IMG/VR virus record: IMGVR_UViG_3300021431_004525
Source: a virus
Taxonomy: Duplodnaviria > Caudoviricetes
Length of the DNA: 64,000 nucleotides
Reading direction: 5' to 3' (one strand)
Under the pieces are notes generated by a model that made no database searches, was not told where the DNA came from, and worked only from the letters and a program-made list of their open reading frames with translations. Numbering within the stretch: the stretch's first letter is position 1; each line of letters begins with the position of its first letter. Position numbers and translations under genes: made by a program. Positions 8,173 through 16,112 of this stretch are shown here, piece by piece.

Positions 8173-9276
8173 ATGACACAGATTTTGAATATCAACGGAC
8201 AGAGTAACGTGAGCGTTAATCCTAACACAGAGACGGGCGCACAGCGTGTAGCATGGCAGCAGTTCGGTACAATCTGCGAGAAGGGTGCAACCATCCACGA
8301 CGTTATGGCAGACGTAACAAGTGAAAACCGCATTAACTATGAGGTTGGCGAAATGCCACTGATGCGTGTACCTTCTGAAATGGTTGAGGCTATCCGCAAA
8401 GGTGAGGCTTTCGATTGGAATCCGTCAGTGTCCGACATCATCAGCACCCATAAGGCTACGCTGCGCACTGACAATAACGACACACTTGGTATCGTAGGTA
8501 AGGGCTACGGAATCGTGCAGAACAGCAAGGCTTTCGACTTCATGGACTTCATTAAGGAGGCAAGCGGTAGTGAACCCGTTATCGAATCCTATGGCGCACT
8601 TGGCTATGGCGAACGTATGTTCATCACTGCCACACTTGGTGAGGATTCGTATCTTAACCCTAACGACGCAATCAAGAACTATGTGGTGTTCACTAACTCA
8701 CATGATGGCAGTGGCGGTGTCATGGCTTTCTTCACCCCGATTCGTGTGATTTGTCAGAACACGCTGAACATGGCTATTAAGGGCTGCGCCAACAAAGTGG
8801 TGTTCAAGCACACTTCTAAGGTCGACGAGCGTCTTGATTGGACTATCGAGCGCAACCGCAAAATTGCTGCTGAACTTTTCAGCAAGTCAGTGAAATTTAG
8901 CGACAAGTTCATGGAGCGTATGCTTGGACTCAAGGAGGAGACCATCACTGCTGAATATGCACGAGACTTCGTAGGCAAGTTGTGTCTGACTGCTCCCGCC
9001 TTTGAACTTTGGAAGAAGGCTGACTTCAAGGCTGACCACGTTGAGGAAATCAGCACACGGACAAAGAACATTATGGCAGCCCTGACGGACAGCATCGAGA
9101 ATGGAGTAGGACAGGAGTACAATCGTGGCACAAAGGTGTGGCTGCTGAATGGTGTGACTACCTACCTTCAGAATGAGAAAAATTGGAAATCTCAGGAAGA
9201 CAAGTTCAACGCTATGATGTTCGGTAGCGCACAGAAGAAGGTCGAGGATGCTTACCAACTGCTGATGGCTGCGTAA
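8173..9276 (+). CDS. DUF932/DUF945 (phage/plasmid-like) protein, C-terminal -MAA
   Basis: Motifs LGIVGKGYGIVQNSKAF, NSHDGSG, TPIRVICQNTL, KHT, W.LLNGVT. Confidence 0.85.
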   Translation: MTQILNINGQSNVSVNPNTETGAQRVAWQQFGTICEKGATIHDVMADVTSENRINYEVGEMPLMRVPSEMVEAIRKGEAFDWNPSVSDIISTHKATLRTDNNDTLGIVGKGYGIVQNSKAFDFMDFIKEASGSEPVIESYGALGYGERMFITATLGEDSYLNPNDAIKNYVVFTNSHDGSGGVMAFFTPIRVICQNTLNMAIKGCANKVVFKHTSKVDERLDWTIERNRKIAAELFSKSVKFSDKFMERMLGLKEETITAEYARDFVGKLCLTAPAFELWKKADFKADHVEEISTRTKNIMAALTDSIENGVGQEYNRGTKVWLLNGVTTYLQNEKNWKSQEDKFNAMMFGSAQKKVEDAYQLLMAA

Positions 9277-9292
9277 GGTTTCACGTGGAACA
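9277..9292. promoter_or_regulatory. second parS-like site GGTTTCACGTGGAACA
   Basis: One mismatch to TGTTTCACGTGGAACA; immediately after the stop codon, as for the first site. Confidence 0.6.
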
Positions 9293-9297
9293 TACAC

Positions 9298-9510
9298 GGA
9301 GGGGGATGTGGTAGGGCTACTGCACCCCCTCCCTATGTACCCCCTACCTACGTATCCACCCTCTCAGCCACCCCCTATGTTTCCGGCTGACGGTAGCACA
9401 CGGTTTGCTCTGCAAATCTTTGAAAAAATTCTGGAAAAAAATTAAGGGGGTGGGGGTTATTCTATTAAAGGTTATTTCAAAAAAAATTCCAGAAAAATTT
9501 TTGAAAATCT
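9298..9510. other. G/C-run and A/T-run non-coding segment; candidate genome-end/packaging or origin region
   Basis: Runs such as CACCCCCTCCCTATGTACCCCCTACC, GGGGGTGGGGGT, AAAAAATTCTGGAAAAAAA and AAAAAAATTCCAGAAAAATTTTTT; lies at the boundary of the early region. Confidence 0.35.
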
Positions 9511-9640
9511 AAAATATGACATATATTAAACAAATGTACTAAATATGTAAATTTAAGTTTCTTTAACTAAAAAGATTTGGCTATTTTGGCAAAAATGAGT
9601 AATTTTGCATTTGAAATTATTTTAAAATGAAAAAATACTT

Positions 9641-11383
9641 ATGGAAGTACAACAACAGAAAAAAATCACAGAAATTTTCAACACAATTGGTTGGAAACGT
9701 CAAAATGCTGAACGTTTAGTAATTGAAGAAAATGAACAGCGCGGTTATGAATGGGGGACTCAGCAGTTCAAAGAATTGATGGAAGACATTGAAGAACAAA
9801 TAGCGTCTAAATCCCCTAAAGAAATATATTTATCAACATTTCTTAGTCACCAAGAAGCAAATTCTCCATTTACTAAGATATTTGATGGTAATCAACGTTT
9901 AACTACAATTTTAATACTATTAATTGCTCTTCGTGATTATATCAAGCACAATTTTGAAGAGAACTTATATTATAATGACATTATTCGTAGAATTGAAGAA
10001 TGTATTTTTAATTCTAACAATGAATGTATTATGATTTTGCAAAACGAAGATAACAATTGTCTTACTGATATTCTCAATAACAGTGATTCTGTGTTCAAGA
10101 GTGTATATATGTTTAAAAACAATCTTGTTAACAAAATGTATCGTAACTGTTATAATTACATACACATGCGCACAGAACAATGTCCTGATTATCCGTTTTT
10201 ACTTTTTACAAAAGGCATTGAAAATGTAGTAATGGCAGAAGAACGTGCAACAACAAAAAATGAGGCAAGGCGTTTGTTTGGTAGAAAGAACGCTTCTGGT
10301 ATTAATGTAGCAAAAGGAAATGTAATTTCCTCTTTTATTTGTGGTTTAATTGATTTATATACTGACAGTCGTGATGAGTTCATTCACGTCAAGACTAAAT
10401 TTGATGGTGCAATGTCTCGTATTCCGTCAAAAGAGTACACTGACTTTTACCGTCTTTTTCTTTATTATTTAAAAGACACATATTTAACTCCGTCTCAAAC
10501 ACAAAAGGAAATTGAAAAAATCACTAAATCGGCATTAAAGGGTACTGAAAAGAATGACCATTTTAGTAACATTTCTGAATTGATTGACTGTATTGACCGT
10601 TTCAGTAAATTTATGTCTGAAGTTAGTCATAAGCGTTTAAGTGAGTTTGCACCTTCGCATAAGATTAATCGTCTGCTTTCATTAACACCAGATGAAATAA
10701 CAATTACGATTACGATGATAGATTTATTTACTGACAAATATTCTAATTACAACATTGATAATGAAGATAAATATCAAATATTAAATGGTGTAATGAAAAT
10801 TATCGTAAGAAGAATGTTCGCGCCAAATTCTACTAACCATTCGGAAAAGACTATGCTTAATGTAATGGGAAACATCCTAACTTTGAAGGGGTGTAATGAA
10901 CATTTATATCAGACGTTTAAACGTTACATGTCTGGCGAAACAAACAAGGCACTATGTTATGGCTATTTGACTGAAAGTGACCTTATAGAAAGAGTATCTA
11001 AAATTCCGGTTTATAGGCGTTTAGGTTCTAGGATGCAAGTGTTAAAATACTTATTCCATAACTTAAACAAATATGTTAATAGTGGTATCGAACAATATGT
11101 CTACACTGACTTTAATGATATGACTATAGAACACATTAAATCACAAAATGAATTTTCATCGAAAGACCTTTTACAACACACAATTGGTAATCTTACACCA
11201 CTTACACGAAATAATAACTCACGCTGTAAAAATCGTCCATTCAATGATAAAAAGGCTGTATACCTTAATAGCGGAATAAAATTAACAGAAAGTGTCGGCT
11301 CAAAGGCATATTTCAATAATGAAGAAATTGTTAATAGGAGTAATGAACTTGCCCCATTAATTATGGAAATTACAAGATTATAA
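9641..11383 (+). CDS. GmrSD-like protein (DUF262 + DUF1524/HNH)
   Basis: QRGYEW and DGNQRLTT (DUF262); C-terminal TIEHIKSQ...IGNLTPL...N (DUF1524 HNH). Confidence 0.8.
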   Translation: MEVQQQKKITEIFNTIGWKRQNAERLVIEENEQRGYEWGTQQFKELMEDIEEQIASKSPKEIYLSTFLSHQEANSPFTKIFDGNQRLTTILILLIALRDYIKHNFEENLYYNDIIRRIEECIFNSNNECIMILQNEDNNCLTDILNNSDSVFKSVYMFKNNLVNKMYRNCYNYIHMRTEQCPDYPFLLFTKGIENVVMAEERATTKNEARRLFGRKNASGINVAKGNVISSFICGLIDLYTDSRDEFIHVKTKFDGAMSRIPSKEYTDFYRLFLYYLKDTYLTPSQTQKEIEKITKSALKGTEKNDHFSNISELIDCIDRFSKFMSEVSHKRLSEFAPSHKINRLLSLTPDEITITITMIDLFTDKYSNYNIDNEDKYQILNGVMKIIVRRMFAPNSTNHSEKTMLNVMGNILTLKGCNEHLYQTFKRYMSGETNKALCYGYLTESDLIERVSKIPVYRRLGSRMQVLKYLFHNLNKYVNSGIEQYVYTDFNDMTIEHIKSQNEFSSKDLLQHTIGNLTPLTRNNNSRCKNRPFNDKKAVYLNSGIKLTESVGSKAYFNNEEIVNRSNELAPLIMEITRL

Positions 11384-11401
11384 TAATATGAATACAATAT
11401 A

Positions 11402-12217
11402 ATGAATAAAATAGAACCTATTGATTTTAATGATATAAAAGATAAATTATTTGAGAGTGGGGATTATTTACCATTTAATATAAATGAGTGTTCTGATAAA
11501 CCGGTAAACAATTTTCTTATTTCTGAGACATTGATGTTCGACAATCCAATGTCAATAGGTCTTTTAGATGAAGATGATATGTTATGGGAGGGTTTAATAA
11601 GGACATATCCTATTGAAACATTGAAAAAATATGTTTGTCGGGCATTGCAATTTAACGAGAAGCAATTTCAAATAAAAGAGAAAAACGGTCAGAAGTGTGC
11701 TTCAATATATTATCGTTATGACGAAGAAACAAAAAAATGGATAATAAAAGCCATGAATCTTGGCGGATATTATATGTCACAGGAAATAATTGGTAAAGGC
11801 GCAAATGAAGGTTTAAGAGAAATGAGATTTGAACCTAAATTTGAGGATGATATATACACACAAGTTATGGAAAGTTGCAAAGTTCTGTATCACGTTACCG
11901 AAAAGAAAAATATCAATCGTATACGTCACATAGGAATTTGTTCACGTTCAAATTGTTCAATTTTTGATTATCCTGCCAGAATTTATTTACTAAAAGATAG
12001 TGTTGATAAACAATTTATTATATCTTTAGCAAAATCGTTGTCAGTTTCAAAATACGGTAAAAATGGACATATAGATTATTCGCTTATTACAATTAATCCG
12101 AGACTGTTGCCCAAAGATACAAGATTTTACGAAGATGTTAATTTACCACAAGGAATTTTTATGTATGGAAATATATCACCAAAATGTATAATAGATATTA
12201 AAGATTTAGACATATGA
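11402..12217 (+). CDS. hypothetical protein with possible ART/KptA-like C-terminal domain
   Basis: LYHVTEKKNINRIRHIGI...RIYL pattern. Confidence 0.55.
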   Translation: MNKIEPIDFNDIKDKLFESGDYLPFNINECSDKPVNNFLISETLMFDNPMSIGLLDEDDMLWEGLIRTYPIETLKKYVCRALQFNEKQFQIKEKNGQKCASIYYRYDEETKKWIIKAMNLGGYYMSQEIIGKGANEGLREMRFEPKFEDDIYTQVMESCKVLYHVTEKKNINRIRHIGICSRSNCSIFDYPARIYLLKDSVDKQFIISLAKSLSVSKYGKNGHIDYSLITINPRLLPKDTRFYEDVNLPQGIFMYGNISPKCIIDIKDLDI

Positions 12218-12810
12218 ATACAATAATTGAATTAAAGTCAGTATATGACTATACTACTGAAGAGGAAACCGAGAAAAGCATATATGAATCTGTTGTCGGA
12301 TATTACAGTAGTATTGATAAGGCTATTAAGCAGATGAAGGTGCTAACAACTAAAGACAATAACTATGTGATGTTTCTTGTATCTGAGTATATATTAGATG
12401 ATATTTCTGACGATAATGATACATGGACACGTTGGATTAAGGAATGCCAATACAAATGTATCGATAGCGAAATTGTAATGACACATGAGTCAAATAAAAT
12501 TTACAATGGCTTTGTAGCAGATGAATTTAGTTATAAGCCGGGTGATATTATTGAATATATTGGTTTTAAAGATACGGTTTATCAAGGAATAGTAGGATAT
12601 ACCCCACCAACTGTTGAAGAAATAGAAAAGCGTAGGCTAATAGTGGATGATACGGATGATTGTTATTTAGTATATGCATTGGGTGATGGAGATACACATG
12701 ACCATGTAAGGACAAATTATATTATTGGTTATGCAGATGTATCACCGGAAATATATAAACAATATAAAGATAAATTAAAAGAAAGGAATGAAGTAAATGG
12801 AAAAAGGTGA
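12214..12810 (+). CDS. hypothetical protein
   Basis: 198 aa; ATGA overlap with upstream gene. Confidence 0.8.
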   Translation: MNTIIELKSVYDYTTEEETEKSIYESVVGYYSSIDKAIKQMKVLTTKDNNYVMFLVSEYILDDISDDNDTWTRWIKECQYKCIDSEIVMTHESNKIYNGFVADEFSYKPGDIIEYIGFKDTVYQGIVGYTPPTVEEIEKRRLIVDDTDDCYLVYALGDGDTHDHVRTNYIIGYADVSPEIYKQYKDKLKERNEVNGKR

Positions 12811-13210
12811 AAGATATATACATATTAAGTCAATGAATCTTTATACATTAATTACTGATAATTTTATGTTTAAGGATAATGGTGAATGGCGAAAGGGTCT
12901 TTGTTTATATAAGACGGATGGTGAGTATTTTGCAAGGACAAGGGAAGATTTCGAGAAGAACTTTATGTTGTATGATGATTGGCTTGTATTTTTGCAAAAA
13001 GGTTATCGTGAATATGAGCCTACTGCTGATGAGATTGCCAAGATTAATGAAATGCTTGGTCATGAATGTGGAAATGATTATGTGTTTCACATTAACGACA
13101 ATGGCAACATATTTGTATCTACTAATACTGATACATGGCTATGTCTTGCTGGACGTGAATGGATAATTGATTTCGAGAATAAGACTTGGAAACTATTAAG
13201 TATGAGTTAG
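12797..13210 (+). CDS. hypothetical protein (DUF1653-like N-terminus)
   Basis: G.RY.H.K...Y and YFAR..EDF pattern. Confidence 0.65.
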   Translation: MEKGERYIHIKSMNLYTLITDNFMFKDNGEWRKGLCLYKTDGEYFARTREDFEKNFMLYDDWLVFLQKGYREYEPTADEIAKINEMLGHECGNDYVFHINDNGNIFVSTNTDTWLCLAGREWIIDFENKTWKLLSMS

Positions 13211-13211
13211 T

Positions 13212-13823
13212 ATGAAAAGGAATGTTGGTTTATTTTGTGGAACATTTAATCCCATACATAATGGTCATTTAATGATGTGTAATTACATATTGGGTCATTA
13301 TGGTCTTGATGGCATTATTTTGGTTGTAAGTCCCGATTCTCATTTCAAGAAGCATACCCATTTGGCTAAATTCGATACACGTATTAGTTTATGTGCTTCT
13401 GCCACCATTGATGACGATAGGCTTGTGGTATCGTCTATTGAAGATGAATTACCGAAGCCGTCATATACATATCAGACCTTGGAGTATTTCAAGAAAAAAT
13501 ATGATAATATAGAGTTCGTTCTTATTATTGGTGCTGATAATCTTGTTGGCTTAAGTGAGTTCAAGAATGTTGAATACATTTTATCGAATTTTAGGATAAT
13601 GGTATGTCCTCGCAATGGTATTGACTGTAAGATGTATGTAGATGAGTTATATAGGAACTTCGGTGATATTGATATAAAAAGTATAGAGTTAATTGAGGGC
13701 ATTCCTGATGTTGGTTTATCATCCACATTTATAAGGGATGAGGTTGCCAAAGGGAAATCAATTAAATACTATGTTCCTGAGAATATTGAAACATCTGTGG
13801 AAGTTGAATATGGTTCATCGTGA
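13212..13823 (+). CDS. nadD: nicotinate/nicotinamide-nucleotide adenylyltransferase
   Basis: GTFNPIHNGH (HxGH), SYTYQTL, IIGADN, SSTFIR. Confidence 0.92.
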   Translation: MKRNVGLFCGTFNPIHNGHLMMCNYILGHYGLDGIILVVSPDSHFKKHTHLAKFDTRISLCASATIDDDRLVVSSIEDELPKPSYTYQTLEYFKKKYDNIEFVLIIGADNLVGLSEFKNVEYILSNFRIMVCPRNGIDCKMYVDELYRNFGDIDIKSIELIEGIPDVGLSSTFIRDEVAKGKSIKYYVPENIETSVEVEYGSS

Positions 13824-13856
13824 TATTTATACTATATATGAATTATGTAGTATAAA

Positions 13857-14177
13857 ATGAATTTATTTTTAAAATTTGCGAAGAACAATACCGGTTACAG
13901 TGTTAAGAATTTATTTGTAATCATAATAGTAATAATAGGTTGTTTATTATTATTAGTACCGTTAGTATCTTTAACGATTGAGGCGATTTACATGCATACG
14001 ATTGCCACAGACTTAATGGGTATGTCCGCATACATTACGTCTGTTTCCGCATTATTTGGTATTGCGGGCTATACAAAGGTTAGTTCTGAGAAACATGAAA
14101 GACCGTTTACACCACCTAATAATGAAGAGGAAAATGGAAATGAAATAGTTGAATCAGAGGAAATTGCTAATGAATAG
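13857..14177 (+). CDS. two-TM membrane protein (holin-like candidate)
   Basis: Two hydrophobic helices, charged C-terminal tail, late motif upstream. Confidence 0.5.
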   Translation: MNLFLKFAKNNTGYSVKNLFVIIIVIIGCLLLLVPLVSLTIEAIYMHTIATDLMGMSAYITSVSALFGIAGYTKVSSEKHERPFTPPNNEEENGNEIVESEEIANE

Positions 14178-14267
14178 GTAATAATATAGTAGATGGCACA
14201 AATATCGAATAATACAAATCTTGATGATATTTATTAGAAAGATGGCGAATTAAATTCGTATTATAAT

Positions 14268-15017
14268 ATGAATAAGAGACTTATAAGACTAACAGAATCA
14301 GACCTTCATAGGATTGTAAAAGAATGTGTAAAACGTCTTATTAATGAAGATAAAGAATATGTAAGTGTTACTGATTTCAATTATGATGGTAAAGAGTTAT
14401 ATGATGTAGGCGATGGTGATTCATTTTGTTATCTCCCTTGTGACATATATGGTACGCCGAAACTATATTATGCAGATTGTCACTTTTCGTGCGCACTACA
14501 ATCACTTGAAGACATAATCTATTCTTTTTATAAGGGTAATATAGAGAGTTTAATAGATGAAGACGATATACATAGCATAGCAGAAGAATTATGGCTTAAC
14601 TGCATAAGTGAGCCTGGAAGGGTATTTTATAAAAAGTATATCGTAGTTGGCTTTGATGGACACATACCATCTTGTGAATATGTTAAAGGTGTGATTGAAT
14701 ATTTGGGCGGTAATTCAAGCAATTATTGTGTAGTATATAATGAAGAAGATTCAGTAAAAGAAATACCTTGTAATTTTTTTCTTGCTCAAGGGATAAATGG
14801 GAAAGATAAACCAACTATTATGGAAGTTCCAAGAGAACTCAAGATGATTTATGACAAGATGCACACAAAAAGGGATGCCGTTGATAGAAAATTTCCTATG
14901 AATATGACAAGGGCTGAATATTATTGGCTTACAAGGCAAGAAAACAAAAAAAGTTATGATAAAGTAATAATAGAAGTTATCAATCAATACTTAAAACAGA
15001 ACTTGGTATTAAACTAA
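14268..15017 (+). CDS. leader-tagged putative internal virion protein
   Basis: N-terminus MNKRLIRLTESDLHRIVKECVKRLINE. Confidence 0.75.
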   Translation: MNKRLIRLTESDLHRIVKECVKRLINEDKEYVSVTDFNYDGKELYDVGDGDSFCYLPCDIYGTPKLYYADCHFSCALQSLEDIIYSFYKGNIESLIDEDDIHSIAEELWLNCISEPGRVFYKKYIVVGFDGHIPSCEYVKGVIEYLGGNSSNYCVVYNEEDSVKEIPCNFFLAQGINGKDKPTIMEVPRELKMIYDKMHTKRDAVDRKFPMNMTRAEYYWLTRQENKKSYDKVIIEVINQYLKQNLVLN

Positions 15018-15047
15018 ATGAGCAACCTTGATTGGCTGCTCATTTTT
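15018..15047. terminator. bidirectional terminator
   Basis: ATGAGCAACC-TTGATT-GGCTGCTCAT-TTTT between convergent genes. Confidence 0.7.
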
Positions 15048-15052
15048 GTATA

Positions 15053-15742
15053 TTATTGATATCTCATATAATCTGCTAATAATTCTCTACCTCTTTCAGT
15101 TTCAACATATGCAGCACCGTTTTCATCGAATTCAATTTCCATCCAGTCAGTTGGTTCTCCGCCATAGAATTTAAAACGTGCTGAATCGCCAGACGGATGA
15201 ATTTGCACCTCATGTCCTCCTGAATTAGTGACAGTTCTATATCCTGTTGGTTTAAATTCATCTGATTCTTTCAATTGTTTATTAGTGCTTTCCGCCAACA
15301 CTTCTGTTATACATTCTTTAATAAGATTATTAAGTTGGCTTTCGGTCATATTGAATTTTTGTTTTTTCGATTCCGTATATTTCTGTTTTAAGTAATTATC
15401 GTATCTTTGTCCTGTTTGTCTTGGTGTGCCTTTTGTCATTTGTGCTATATTTGCTACGTCTTTATCGTTTGACATTGCATCCATACCAAGTTGTCCTTTT
15501 AAATCATCTGCGTTAATGTTGCTATCAAGATATGAGCCTACATTGGCATCTTGCTGTTGCTGTGCCAATCTATTTTTATTATTGTCGTTAAATTCTTTCC
15601 ATGAGGCATCTATCTGCTGTTGTTTGGTCATAGGTGTCTGTGGCTGCATATCATATCCATTGAAACCACTTTCTTTAAGTGCTTTGGTTATTGCTTCTTT
15701 GACAATATTAACAAATTGTTTTTGTTTTATTTTCTGTGCCAT
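15053..15742 (-). CDS. leader-tagged modular protein
   Basis: IVKEAITKALKE, then internal MTESQLNNLIKECITEVLAE and QLKE. Confidence 0.75.
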   Translation of the reverse strand: MAQKIKQKQFVNIVKEAITKALKESGFNGYDMQPQTPMTKQQQIDASWKEFNDNNKNRLAQQQQDANVGSYLDSNINADDLKGQLGMDAMSNDKDVANIAQMTKGTPRQTGQRYDNYLKQKYTESKKQKFNMTESQLNNLIKECITEVLAESTNKQLKESDEFKPTGYRTVTNSGGHEVQIHPSGDSARFKFYGGEPTDWMEIEFDENGAAYVETERGRELLADYMRYQ

Positions 15743-15803
15743 TTATATATGTCGATACATATGTTTTTATTTTAGGTAATTATATATTATTTGACCCGAC
15801 TTG

Positions 15804-16061
15804 TTAAATTCTTGATATAGAATCTTTCATTCTAATATTAGATAATATCCCTTGTAGAGTATTTACCATAGAATGTATCTCTTGCCTATATGAATAGGGG
15901 ACTTTGCCCTCTAAATCATATAAATTATGCATTTCATTTTTTATAAGCTGTTCATAATTAGCATCATAATCATAAATATCACTTTCGTTAAGGATATTTT
16001 TAATTGCTTCTTTAACTACTTTATGAACATCTTGTTCTGTAAGTTTAATTCTTTTCTTCAT
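15804..16061 (-). CDS. leader-tagged small protein
   Basis: MKKRIKLTEQDVHKVVKEAIKNILNE. Confidence 0.75.
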   Translation of the reverse strand: MKKRIKLTEQDVHKVVKEAIKNILNESDIYDYDANYEQLIKNEMHNLYDLEGKVPYSYRQEIHSMVNTLQGILSNIRMKDSISRI

Positions 16062-16112
16062 ATATCTTATATTAAATTATTATTGGGTCTAATTCTATAT
16101 AGATGCCTTATT

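Larger units (their letters stand above)
745..9609. promoter_or_regulatory. Array of ~16 Bacteroidota sigma-A type promoters (-7 box TAnnTTTG(CA) with upstream TTG/TTTG -33 box)
   Basis: -7 boxes on + at 3595, 4274, 4657, 5197, 5349, 5634, 6355, 6553, 7034, 8115, 9600 and on - at 745, 2068, 3462, 4131, 7979. Example: TTTGCATAATTCAAAGAAATGTATTACCTTTGCA at 3571-3604. Matches the established Bacteroides TTTG...TAnnTTTG consensus. Further copies lie near 18403, 22554, 24795, 25665, 25979, 29268, 38629, 47530 and 59853. Confidence 0.9.
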
